From contig NC_043014.1 in assembly GCF_006345805.1 (NCBI RefSeq), positions 38,068,001 to 38,132,000 of the forward strand: a DNA stretch of 64,000 nucleotides. The letters are read 5' to 3'. How positions within the stretch are numbered: the first letter of the stretch is position 1; each line of letters opens with the position of its first letter. A program made the translations under genes and the position numbers. The notes under the pieces were generated by a model that made no database searches, was not told the DNA's origin, and saw only the letters and a list, made by a program, of their open reading frames with translations. Shown piece by piece: positions 26,394 through 38,725 of the stretch. This DNA comes from Octopus sinensis. Taxonomy: Eukaryota.

Positions 26394-26894
26394 GGAAGTG
26401 TTATTATGTACATTGTTTTGTCTTGGTATAAAAGATGGGCTACAGCAAATATTCTGCTCAATACCACAGATTTGCTTGTCAGTTGTTTGACCGTAACCAG
26501 TTGAGCATGTCCCTTAGTGGCTGACGATATGTGCATCTCTGATCACGAGCAGAAGTAGTGGGGGAGCATCATAGCCATGTGTTGAGAAGGATTCTTTGGG
26601 GTTTGAATAATTCACCTCTGGAAACATGGGTGTTTCGTTCAACGTCCTTAAACAACCCTTATTCAGGGACCTTTTGAGCGGAATGGGTTACTCGATCTGA
26701 AGAAAATTCTAACTGGGCTCCATCTGCAAGGTCATGTGCTGTTTATCTTGATATGAGATCACCATGTCGCGCACATATGGTTGTGATGCATGTGCCTGGT
26801 GTACCCTTATCAGACGGGTAGTTATGATGGGTATACTGGACTTCGTATATTTTACCCCAGTGTCACTTTGATGGCATGCTCTGCTCGCTCACTC

Positions 26895-26947
<53 letters not shown>

Positions 26948-27115
26948 TAATAATGATAATAATGATAATAATAATAATAATAATAATAGTCAAGACGAAG
27001 AGCGCGATTCGATTGTAAGATATTTTATTAGTTGAACGATATTTCAACAGTACGTCTGTCTTCGTCTCGACTGTTTACCTTTGTGAAGAGTTACATCAAT
27101 CATTTTTAAAATATA

Positions 27116-27173
<58 letters not shown>

Positions 27174-27257
27174 TAATAATTATAATAATAATAATAATGA
27201 TGATGATGATGATGATGTGATGATGATGATGATCGTAGTAGTAGTAGTATAGTAGTA

Positions 27258-27307
<50 letters not shown>

Positions 27308-27328
27308 ACAATAGCAACAATAATAATA

Positions 27329-27360
<32 letters not shown>

Positions 27361-27432
27361 AATAATAATAGTTTTTATCTATTTTCACTCTTTCCCAAAT
27401 TGAAGTTTTACAATCTCTTGTATATTTACTAG

Positions 27433-27702
27433 GCCAACACACGGTGATTTATTATTTACCATACTATGCAATCTCTCTAGGAATGACGAGAAGTGAGGGT
27501 GCTATTTTTGTGTCGCTCATTGGAATTTCCTGGGTCATTGCAAAACTTTTGTCCGGTGTTTATTCAGATGTATTTCATATCCGATGTGATACAGTGCTAG
27601 TGGTTGCTCTTGGAATTGCAACGCTCGCAGTCATTACTTTCCCTTACTGCACCAACTTCTGGTCAATTATTGCTTGCACTGTTGTCTATTCGTTATCTGT
27701 AG
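27433..27702 (+). CDS. SLC16-like: SLC16/MCT-family transporter, coding exon 6
   Basis: tttactag|GC...GTAG|gtaaga; 270 nt; SQHTVIYYLPYYAISLG...SLSV (TM7-TM10). Confidence 0.95.
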
Positions 27703-27783
27703 GTAAGAAGTTTTGTTATATTTCTTAAATATATTTCTTATTTATTGTGTATTATATCGCATTTAGTGAACAATGGCGCCGTT

Positions 27784-27828
27784 GAACCAATGGTTTACGC
27801 GAAGGCTATTCGCGTAAACCATTGGTTC
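27784..27828. other. Perfect 20-bp hairpin with 5-nt loop
   Basis: gaaccaatggtttacgcgaa-ggcta-ttcgcgtaaaccattggttc. Confidence 0.95.
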
Positions 27829-28004
27829 GTTTTGTTCTCTTACTTTATTATCATCTTATAATCATCTCATAATAATGACCTTCATGACTCGTATTACTAC
27901 CTCAGTCAATCTAAATGTATATATTTGTTACTATCTGTCATAAATAGCCTTTTTCTATTTGTAATATGCATTTTCGTTGATTTTTCATATTTTACCCCTA
28001 TATA

Positions 28005-28517
28005 TCTATATATATAAAACTGTAGTTGTGTGAGTGTCTGTCCCCTTCGATTTAGATTCCTAACTACTCCCACATTTTGCGGTGCAGTTTAACCAAATTC
28101 GGGTATCTTATAGTCGTGATTCATATCGAGCCCGTCTGAGTATTAGCGCGCGTCTACGATGAGTCTACGACTTTTAAAATAATTTAACATCATTTTTTAT
28201 TCCATTTTAATGCATAATTTTTCGTGTGTCGATGGCGGCGGAATTGGCGTCCATGGTCACACCACCACCTGTTTGCTTCTCCCCCTTCTTCCCTCCCTCG
28301 TAAAGCTGTGGGGAAGGGAGTGTAAGGAAATCAACGTCGTAAAGCGTCGTCAAGGAGACCAGCGTTCTTTTGGAACAACGACTTCATGGCTTGAAGACAC
28401 CAAAACAGAAATGGCTAAGAAAGCCCGAATTGGCATCTATAAGGGAAGTAACTCTCTAAAAATGCTTATATAGTTATTTCCCTTAAAAACCCGAGCAACG
28501 CCGGGCGATACTGCTAG
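28005..28517 (+). mobile_element. Helitron-like non-autonomous element, family 3
   Basis: A|tctatatatataaa start; last ~70 bp (cccgagcaacgccgggcgatactgCTAG|T) shared with family 1; different interior. Confidence 0.8.
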
Positions 28518-28662
28518 TATATATATATAATATTAGGGAATATTATTCCAAACTTACTTGGAAAAAATTAATTTAGAAATATTAAATCAAATTTCACAAA
28601 ATATAATATATATAATATATATATATATATATAATATAATATAATATATATATATATATATA

Positions 28663-28724
<62 letters not shown>

Positions 28725-28880
28725 TAAATAATGGGGGAGATAAATTGAAATTTAAAACCAGTAGCCTAGCAGATAAAAATCTGAAAAATCAGAGAAAATT
28801 CCAATACATGTGTATATTTAGGGCTATAAAAACTACTATGTGGTTTTTATCCCTAAATACACATACACACACACACACAC

Positions 28881-28911
<31 letters not shown>

Positions 28912-28984
28912 TGTATGTATGTATGTATGTATGTGTGTGTGTGTGTGGTGTGTGTTGTGTGTGTGTGTGTGTATGTATGTTATG

Positions 28985-29061
<77 letters not shown>

Positions 29062-29946
29062 ATACCTTTGTTTAAGGCAAATGCCTCTAAATGCGCTCGT
29101 AAAAATTCAGAAGCTCATGATCGTCCAGATAGAAGGGAATAGGTGAGAGAAAAATTTCCCGAGCGAAACCGACCAAACGTTTGTTAGCATATCCGGACAC
29201 TTAGGCTTCATTTCAACAGAGCGAATTAATACTTATCGGCGATTCCATTGCTGAAGAGCTCCATTCGAATTCATACTGCATGCCGTATTTGATATAGGTC
29301 TGAGCTAAACTCATTTTAAAGGGTAAAATCGATACGGATTTAACCAATGTGGTTTACTGCAATCTGCAAAGATAGAAAAACAAAAGAAAGTAAAAATTAA
29401 TGCTTATTTTATATTAAGTATTGAAAGAATACCCTCAAAGTGATCATATCAAAAATGTGAGAGAACTCTCTTTCGAACTTATATTTTTCTTAAGCGCAGT
29501 GTAATTGAAATCACATTGTTAATAAACCCTTCTTTTCTAAGAAAGTAGGATGTAATTTTGATGAGATAGATTAGGCTATGTCTGGCTTAAAGATTTTCGG
29601 ACATTTTTCGCTGAAGTACAAAAATTGCACAATACTTGCAAATTACTTTTTGAAACATTTATAGCTTCTTTATAAAAGAACATAAATCTAAGCCATTTGC
29701 AAGCATTTAAGAAATATTATCTTAGTCAACCTTCAAATATCTAGCTTTTGGGAATGGCCTAAGCCAAGGCTGTTCTTCATATCATGTATATTTTGAAATA
29801 CTTTTCAAGTTATTACTATGTTCTTTGCTTCTCCTCTCCCTCTCTCTTCCTCCTCTCACCCAGCCACTTTCTAACTCTTTTTCGGTATACATACATACAT
29901 ACATACATACATACATACTACATACATACATACATATATACATATA

Positions 29947-30009
<63 letters not shown>

Positions 30010-30039
30010 ATATATATATATATATTATATATATATATA

Positions 30040-30215
30040 TACCTCTGTCTTCCTTCTCTGGATCTTTCCTTCTCCTATGTTTCCGACGAGAGCTCCGCTC
30101 GAAACGTTAAACCCACCTTCTTCCCTTCCTTCCTGAGCGTCCAATAATACTATATTTGTTCCACGTCCTCGCGTTGTTGTGTTTTCTCTTTGTGTTTTCA
30201 GGTTTGGATTAACTA
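30040..30215 (+). mobile_element. Family H2 element with hammerhead-like motif
   Basis: GUUU(30079-82)-CCGACGA-GAGC(UCC)GCUC-GAAA-CGUU-AAAC(30109-12); (TA)n on both sides; a partial copy lies in reverse orientation at 46148-46240. Confidence 0.7.
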
Positions 30216-30471
30216 TATATATATATATATATGCATATACTAACAAGTTTATATTTAATTTATCCTTATTTTCCCAACATTTGCCCTGTAGCTTAAATTT
30301 GGTTATACTAATCAGCATAGTAGTTAATTAACGACTGTAGAAAAGGCAGATTGGATTATGAAAGCCTAGGCGGAACTCTAAATATAATTAGCAATTGTAT
30401 ATGTGTTTGCACACATAATTTCTACTGTATACTGTACGTGCATGTATGTATGTATGTGTTTATATACGTCC

Positions 30472-30665
30472 GAGTCAGACGCCATGAAAGATCGTTAGCC
30501 ACTACACACATTTTTTCTCTCCTTGTTTTTTCTGTGTACCTTTCTGTAGAAGAGCGTAGGCTTGAAACGTAAAAGACTTTTTCTATTCCTGAGCGCTATA
30601 CTAATACATCTGTTTGTTTTGTACACCACCTGTCTTCGTGTTTTGTTTATTTTCGTAAACTTTCC

Positions 30666-30670
<5 letters not shown>
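30472..30670 (+). mobile_element. Family H1 element (core reads CUGUAGA)
   Basis: Matches 7078-7285; ends in (TA)n. Confidence 0.75.
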
Positions 30671-30708
<38 letters not shown>

Positions 30709-30719
30709 ATATATATAAG

Positions 30720-32200
30720 AGAACAACGTGTACAGACGCCGATATATATATAAAATGCAAAATTGGGACAAGAACGCAAAACATCCGGAGAATTAGTTGA
30801 TACAAAAAGGGGCAACAAAACATCCAGATAGACGATACAAAGAAAACAAGGAAGGGTCATTCGAAGTTTTCTTTTTTCAGTCGAGCACCAGATTATCCTC
30901 GCAATTTCGGCTGATCATTCTTGAGATTGCTCCAATCTGGCCAGCCCCAAGGAAAATCTAAGCTAAGAGCATTAGATTCCTTGGAAGAAAGAAGCGAATG
31001 TACATAAAAACGAGGACGGAAAAAACGGACAATGTTACACAAATATAAATACAATAAAAAATACAATAAAAATAATAACAGGACATAACAACAGATGTCT
31101 TTCGACTAACGATTATTCAAATTCATCCTCACTGCAAAGTGCGAAAGTGCATTTATAAGCATCTTGATAGTCTTTCAGAAATTCTATTAATAATCTTCTC
31201 ATTGGTCCACAAAATAGACAGGGATTTATTGGAGCAGAATCTGCATCTCCTGGAAAGGATATTTTACGATTGGGAGTGCCTTATTATGGACCAAGTTATA
31301 TCGTATTTTATTTTATCCTTCATAAGTCGCCACACAAAGTTAGGCAAAGATGTTGAATGCCTCTTGTTGATGTTCTTGAAACTGGCGACATGGTTGCGAT
31401 AACGATTCTTGAATGAATCTGCCGTCGCCCCAATGTAAACGTACGGTCCTCTCCTTATGTACGAGCGTTTATATACAAGATTCGTACTCGTACAGAGGTT
31501 CATCATTGGGCATTTTGTTTTTTCTCTGCAATAACATGTATTAGATTTAGTTGTATATGTGGCAGTGCTGACTTCATTTTCCGACGTTGTTACCGTGTTG
31601 GCTCTATCATTATTATTGCTACTATCACGATGTGGTCGCAGCGGGTATTTTTTTCATTTTGGTTGATATATAATTTCTGATATTTTGATTTATATATTTG
31701 CTGTCTTTTATATTTATCGAGCCGGAATTGGTTCGCCCGTCATAAAATATAGTTTGAGTAGGTAGCTTATTCAACAGTTAGTTCATTTTTCAGTTATTAA
31801 TGCAGTGCATATTCTATGTGTCTATTAAAAATAGTATAATATCTATTTGATTTGAGGAAATATTTGTCTAAAGCGGCAAAAAATTGCCAAGTGATCTTCG
31901 CTGAAACAAGCGAACCGTCGATTGCGTTATACCAGAATACATCATGATTCTTATATTTGTTGTTTGTTTATTTATTCTGGTGTGTTGCACAGGGTTGGGA
32001 CAATTTATTGTGTTATGAGAAGTAGTATGATTGTGTTGTGTGAGTCTGTGTTTTCGTATGAAATTTATTGCCTTGACCAATTCTTTTTGATCTGTATTTT
32101 CGATCTGAGTCTGTTCGCTTACCGTAACGTTGTGTTGGTGTGAATGTGTATTATTAGTGGAAGAATTGGCTGAATTGTGTATATTTGTGTCTTGTATGTA
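30720..32200 (-). mobile_element. Penelope-like element, 3' part with GIY-YIG endonuclease remnant (intron 6)
   Basis: Reverse strand: WYN...FFAALDKYFLKSNRYYTIFNR (about 31820-31940) and CYCREKTKCPMMNLC...LVYK...VYIGATADSFKNRYRNH...CRFC (about 31150-31540), matching PLE linker and GIY-YIG patterns. Confidence 0.8.
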
Positions 32201-32747
32201 TTCAGTTTGCTCTCAGTAACGATTCCTAGCTAAAACAGTTTTGTAATAGGGTGCATGTTACTCAAAAATTTCTTTAACAGAAAACCTATATATTCTTATT
32301 GAAATATTCTAAACTAATTCTTGTATTGTTGACGGTGGATGGTTGGATACTACATTTATATACTTGATATTATCATTTGGTTTATGAAAGCGTTCATATA
32401 ATCCCGTATTAACACAAAAGAAGTATATCCTTTACTAGGAAGATCTAATAAAATTGAATCATGTCGGTTATTTTCCACAGTTGGCTTTAAAAGACATCTA
32501 CTTTAACTGCAAAGCCTAAATAGTCTAAAACTTTCGATTTACTGATCATATTTGAATTATCTCTCTTGCCTATTGCTTTTAGATTTCAAACACTCTATAC
32601 AAAGAGTTTTTGTCCACAGATTACTTGAATAATTTCAAATGACTAGAGATTTGCAACCCTCTTTATAATATGTATGAAACCCTATCTGAGTGATGTTTTC
32701 CTAAGATATTTCATATTCGATTTCCTTTCCTACTTTTCTCTTTTCAG

Positions 32748-32873
32748 GAACTGTAATTCCTATTCGCCTCACAATGGTTGCTGACCTATTTTCTTCCAAA
32801 TATATCACTAGTGGATTTAGCCTTATATTGTTCTTTAACGGAATAGGATACACCATTTTCCCACCAATATTTG
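32748..32873 (+). CDS. SLC16-like: SLC16/MCT-family transporter, coding exon 7
   Basis: cttttcag|GA...TTTG|gtaaat; 126 nt; GTVIPIRLTMVADLF...GYTIFPPIF. Confidence 0.95.
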
Positions 32874-32965
32874 GTAAATATATATTCTCCTCTTCTTTTA
32901 CTACGTCCTTCTCTGTGTGACCCGTGACATTGATAGTTTGTTTTAAATTTATTTATTTCTTTAAG

Positions 32966-33087
32966 GGAAGATCTATGATGCCACAGAATCCTTTCCAGTC
33001 CTTTTTCGCGTGAATGGAGCAATTTACTTCTTTGCCGAGATTTTTACCATCATCATTATTATCAGGAGAAAAATGGGAAAGAAATGA
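32966..33087 (+). CDS. SLC16-like: SLC16/MCT-family transporter, coding exon 8 (stop)
   Basis: tctttaag|GG; GKIYDATESF...IIIIIRRKMGKK*; TGA 33085-87; total CDS 1392 nt = 463 aa. Confidence 0.9.
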
Positions 33088-33141
33088 TGTTGAAAGTGTG
33101 TATATGTATCTTTGTCAAAGATAATCGTATACATAACTACA

Positions 33142-33226
<85 letters not shown>

Positions 33227-33527
33227 TACATAGAGATTATAACATCTAAACTTGAGGCGTAATCACATTTTTTTCTTCGTATATCATATCCTGTTTGTAA
33301 AAATGGAAGGAAAATGACGTTAAAAGTTTGGATAATATGTCATTTGTTAGACTGTAAAGATATATGATACAATGGATGCATATAGATATATATATAATCA
33401 AAATAAGCAACAAGAATGACTCCGGTAATTTGGTACGATCGTTTCGTACTACATCATTTTATTAAATGTTGTATTACAACAGTTTTAAAATGCTGAGCAC
33501 TCATCAGCCAATTATAGAGGTTTTCCA

Positions 33528-33585
<58 letters not shown>

Positions 33586-34077
33586 TATACTCATGCATTC
33601 TATCGTGTTTGTACTTCATCGCGCCACGATTCCGTTCCAGATATTAGCAAAACTGAAAGAGGAGTGACAATCGTCTTTCTTTTAAACAATCCAAGTTTCC
33701 CTCCCATTTCTGTTTCTTATCAACTTTTCAAAAGTTTTTCTAAAGTCCAATCTCATTCTTACTAATGAACACATTTCCGTTGTCCATGGAAGCGCTCAAA
33801 AACCATCGAAAGTATAACCGTTAAGAGCCTTGTGATACGCGGAGGTCTTTTACAATCAGGCCCATTTGGTGAGTTCAGCTGTTTAGGAAGACAAAATTTC
33901 ATAACGGGTGCTATAGTTGTCAGACCTCTACACTTATTTCACAACGTCTGGTCATGAATTTATATATGCAAAGATTATATACTTCTGTTCCTTAAGTTTC
34001 TATAAAGAGGAACAGGAAAGAAACATTAATATCAAAATACACACTTCAGTCAATAATCACACTCAAGCAAGTAGATT

Positions 34078-34154
<77 letters not shown>

Positions 34155-34539
34155 CCCCTTCCCTGTTTTGGAGGCTTTTAACTCTTGGGAGACTAGTAAT
34201 ACTAGTAGTGGTATATGTGCTGTAACAGGCGTTTGAAATCAGTTGGAGCACATCCCTCTGTAGGTCTGAGTGCAGTTAACTTTCTCCAAAGAGAAACCGA
34301 GAAGAAAAATTGACCCCAGTATATTTTTATCGACCCCGAAAAGACAAAAAGCTGATTTCGGTGAGATTTGAACTCAGAGTATGCAGATAACCAGCAGTCA
34401 ACCCATCATTCAACCCATCATTCTAATGACTTTGCCAGCTTGCCTCATGTATGTATGTATGTATGTATGTATGTATGTATGTATGTATGTATGTATATAT
34501 GTATGTATGTATAGGTTTTCTTTGTCTTTTTAATTCATA

Positions 34540-34757
34540 GTAAAATTTGACTGGCCACCTCCTTTGTAGCAAGGTTGTGAATGAAAGTACCTTCTTTTAA
34601 CCATCGTCCTTTAAATCTTAAGAAGGTCTTGCAGATTTTTATAGGCCCATATATCAGGATCGTTTGTAGCGTATGAATTAAGGATTCACATTCTCTCTTC
34701 TAGACCTCAAGTTCAGCCAATGTTTGCTCCAAACGGGTTGGCATGTATCCTGTTGCT

Positions 34758-34814
<57 letters not shown>

Positions 34815-34995
34815 GGATTGAAGCTGGATACTGAATTTGCAAACTCCTTATCAATGGTCCCTAGATGTCCTCTTTCTCTTGTATCTTTCCAACCACATTC
34901 GTTTTCAGAGGGCATTTGATTTCCACAACAGAACGTATTGTTTCTTTGTGGTCCCACAACCCGATATCTGGCCTGTTGTTTTTATATGTCTGTCT
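34540..34995 (-). mobile_element. REL-endonuclease LINE, 3' fragment
   Basis: Reverse strand: NNRPDIGLWD...VEIKCP...KIQEK...P-I(n)-TATG...GPIKICKTFLRF, a PD-(D/E)xK endonuclease. Confidence 0.75.
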
Positions 34996-35233
34996 ATCTG
35001 TGTGTCTGACTGTCTGTCTATCTGTATGTATGTATGTATGTATGTATGTATCTATGTATGTATGTATGTATGTATGTATGTATGTATGTATGTATGTATG
35101 TATGCATGTATGTATGCATGTATGTATGTATGTATGCATGTATGTATGTATGTATGTATGTATGTATGTATGTATTTATGTATGTATGCATGTATGTATG
35201 TATTTGGAGGCGTAGATGTGTGGTAAGTACGGC

Positions 35234-35605
35234 AGCTTGGCGATAACTATTAATATCCAGTACTGCTGTCGTAGTCTCCTTTAGAGAAATTTAGAAATAA
35301 TAGTATTTCTATTTCTGAAAACCAGTGGTTGTGTTCCACTGAATATGTATAATTAAACCTTCGAACAGACAGTCAATAGCCTGCTGGGTTCGGCTACTCC
35401 ACATTGATAAGGGGCAAATACTCCGAAACTAGTCTGTGGCTGCTGAACCAGCAAGGGTAAGCTGATGACCTCCCCTGTTCGAACGTTGTAATGGACAGTG
35501 TTGTGTGTCACATAGCTAGCTAGAGGCTAATGGCCTCTTGGAGGTAATCAACGACAGCATTCGTCCTATTTTTCTGGATTGCCATGTTAGCTTGGCGATA
35601 ACTAT
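35234..35605 (+). mobile_element. Retrozyme-like unit (355-nt period) bounded by a 17-bp direct repeat
   Basis: agcttggcgataactat at 35234-50 and 35589-605; extensive internal complementarity; contains the hammerhead at 35382-35453. Confidence 0.65.
35382..35453 (+). ncRNA. Type I hammerhead ribozyme with U3-A8 core variant
   Basis: Stem I CCACA/UGUGG plus a 12-bp distal helix; core UUGAUAA; stem II GGGG/CUCC; GAAA; palindromic stem III ACUAGU; GUC site with predicted cleavage after 35434. Confidence 0.8.
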
Positions 35606-35754
35606 ATATACACACACACACACACGCACACACACGCACACACACACACACACATATATATATGATGAACTATCTGACGGAATGACATAGGTAGATGAAG
35701 AGAGAGAAAGAGAATGAGATGGACATAGGGAGAGAGAGAGAGAAAGAGAATGTG

Positions 35755-35811
<57 letters not shown>

Positions 35812-36264
35812 AAATGCAGGGTTGTAACAGTTCTAGTGAAGTCACTATTAACGATGAAATTGCTATCTTTTGCTTGGAAACGCATTTCTGGTTTCCAGAA
35901 TTTTACCACTCCTATAGTATTTAAGCACCTCTCTCCCCTCCCCCTCATCTTTCTTCCCTCCTCCACTCCTCCCTCTCTCTTCTCTCCCCCTTCTTCACTC
36001 TCCCCACAACCCCCACTCTACCCCAACCCCAGCCGAACCCACCCCCACATGGGTTTTCCCCACCTCCCACCCACTTCACTAAACCATACGACCATACAAT
36101 TACAGTCCCATCATACATACATACACACGTCCGACCTTTCATACGCAACATACATACTCTCTCATACACACACGCACCCTTATGTTGGGGCGAGGTCATG
36201 TTGACCTTGTTATCTCCCCTACTATCCCTCTTGCGTCTAACGTCTGATCTCTGACTTCTGGCCG

Positions 36265-36482
36265 AAATCAGACCGCCATGTTAAATCGTTAGCTCCTGAA
36301 CGCATATTTTTCTCTCCTTGTTTCTCTCCGTGTTTCTTTTCTGTGTATCTTTCTGTTGAAGAGCGTAGGCTCGAAACGTAAAAGACTTGTTTTATTTCTA
36401 TTCCTGAGCGCCATACTAATACAATTGTTTGTTTGTACTCCACCTGCCTTCGTCTTTTGTTATTTTCATAAAGCTCCCGTTA
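36265..36482 (+). mobile_element. Family H1 element (core reads CUGUUGA)
   Basis: UCUUU/AAAGA stem I, GAGC/GCUC stem II, GAAACGUA; ends in (TA)n. Confidence 0.75.
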
Positions 36483-36506
36483 TATATATGTATATATATA
36501 TTATAT

Positions 36507-36550
<44 letters not shown>

Positions 36551-37801
36551 GGTGTGTGTGTGTTGTGTGTGTGTGTGCGTATGTGTGTGTGGTGTGTGTG
36601 TGTGTGCATGCATGTATGAATGTATATACGCAATCATAAAGAGTTATGTAACCAGCGTTTCATCAAATTCTAGTTCTATGGCGGATATATCTAGGATAAA
36701 GACGTGTTTCAGTTACATCACTTGATCTAGATTCCATCACACAAAATTCTATAAACCTTAATGATGCTCCGATGACCGAAAACATCATATCACTGCTACT
36801 CCGACATCTTGCTCCACCAACCCCTTCTTCCTTCTTGTTATTATCATTAATTCGCTAACATCCACAACGCCACCATAACACTAGAACCACCACCACCACC
36901 ACCACCACCACCACCACCATCATCATCACTACCTCCACCAACCCCACCATCACCACGAATATCTCTAACGTTCATATTACCATCGTAGGATCCTACTTAG
37001 CATACAAGATTTCTGGTCTAAAAATGTAAGGAATTCCTCTAGCTTTAATCTCACATTACCAGAACCCAAAGAGGATCTATAGAACTAATTTTAAACAAGC
37101 AGCAATGCATATAACTGGCTTCTTTTTCATTTCTATTTCTGTACTGTACGTCGTTCTGGTTGTTCCGGTTTAATATCACAGATTCCAAGAGACGTTACGC
37201 TGCGAGGTGTCCCTCAAAATCCATTTCACAGGGAAAGAGAAAGAGAGAGAGGGGGAAGGCAGGGAGAGAGAGAGAGAAATGAATTATAATCAACCGTAAT
37301 ATTTAATGATCTTTTATTCTATTTGTTGGCCCCAGACGGATAGAAGGCAAAACCAACATTACTGTGATTCGAACTCTGAGTGCAAAAAGCCGGAACAAAA
37401 ATACTACAAGTCGTTCGTTCCAAACAATGCTCTTACGAATTTACCAGTTCAGTACTTACTAGGGTTGCTAATATGGTAACGTAGTGTTTTAATGCCTTGT
37501 AAGAATATATAGATGAAACTATAATTATCAAATTAATATAATTTCCATATTGGAAGGCAGCAAATAGGCAGAGTCATTAGCACACTGGGCAAAATGCTTA
37601 GTTATGTTTCATCCGTCTACATTCTGAGTTCAAATTCTGCTGAGGTCGACTTCGCCTTTCGATATGAAAAGTACCAGTTGAGCACTGGGGTCGGTGCAAT
37701 GGACTAGCCTCCTTCTCTGGACTTACTGGCCTTGTGCCAAAATTTGAAATCAGTATAATTCCATATTGGCAATCTCATATAGGCGCTTGTCATTCCATTA
37801 A

Positions 37802-38725
37802 CTCCTTGACGCCGGTATTACCCGAAGCATGCGAGACACTGCTCCGGGTTTTTTTTTATCTAATGAGGCAACACAAACACACAAGTGTCAACGAGCTCGC
37901 CTCTATTTACGTTCACTGTTACAATAACATAGCGTCGTACATTTACGTCTACAGGTTTATGAAAACGAACTATGTGAAACTATTTATCATGGGAAGCACT
38001 CCGTCGGTTACGACGACGAGGGTTCCGGTTGATCCGAATCAATGGAACAGCCTGCTCGTGAAATTAACGTGTAAATGGCTGAGCACTCCACAGACACGTG
38101 TACCTTTAACGTAGTTCTCGGGGATATTCAGCGTGACACAGAGAGTGACAAGGCCGGCCCTTTGAAATACAGGTACAACAGAAACAGGAAGTAAGAGTGA
38201 GAGAAAGTTGTGGTGAAAGAGTACAGCAGGGATCACCACCATCCCCTGCCGGAGCCACGTGGAGCTTTAGGTGTTTTCGCTCAATAAACACTCACAACGC
38301 CCGGTCTGGGAATCGAAACCGCGATCCTATGACCGCGAGTCCGCTGCCCTAACCACTGGGCCATTGCGCCTCCACTATTTATCATAATATGATATGCACG
38401 AGTTATTCTGCTCAAGTTCAGAAAATAGCTTGCATGTGGTACAACTCAAAACATGGTATTATGCATGTAAAGTATCCGCATGTCATTGGTCTACTGCTAG
38501 TCTCATGACTTGAACGTAACCTAAAATAGCTAAGATAATACACGGGACGGCGAGCGAGCGTGCGCACCCCAAGAGATAAAATACACGATAGCGAACGTAA
38601 ACATGCGTCAGCCGCTAAAAAAGTCCGTGATAGATGTAGGGCAGCTCTACATCGTATATTTACGTTAACCGCGGTTACGCAAGCAAAAGTGTAATCACAT
38701 ATTTGCGTCAACCGTTATCAAGGGG
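37802..38725. mobile_element. piggyBac-like non-autonomous element interrupted by a SINE
   Basis: TTAA at 37798-801 and 38726-29; imperfect TIRs ctccttgacgccggt / accgttatcaagggg (11 of 15 match). Confidence 0.6.
37991..38373 (-). mobile_element. tRNA-derived SINE, head A + tail 1
   Basis: 12-bp TSD actatttatcat (37979-90, 38374-85); reverse complement of 55629-56010. Confidence 0.9.

Noticed and set aside
35462-35490. Second CUGAUGA just after the hammerhead
   Set aside because: No GAAA or stem II follows; it instead pairs with 35372-35380 in the rod.
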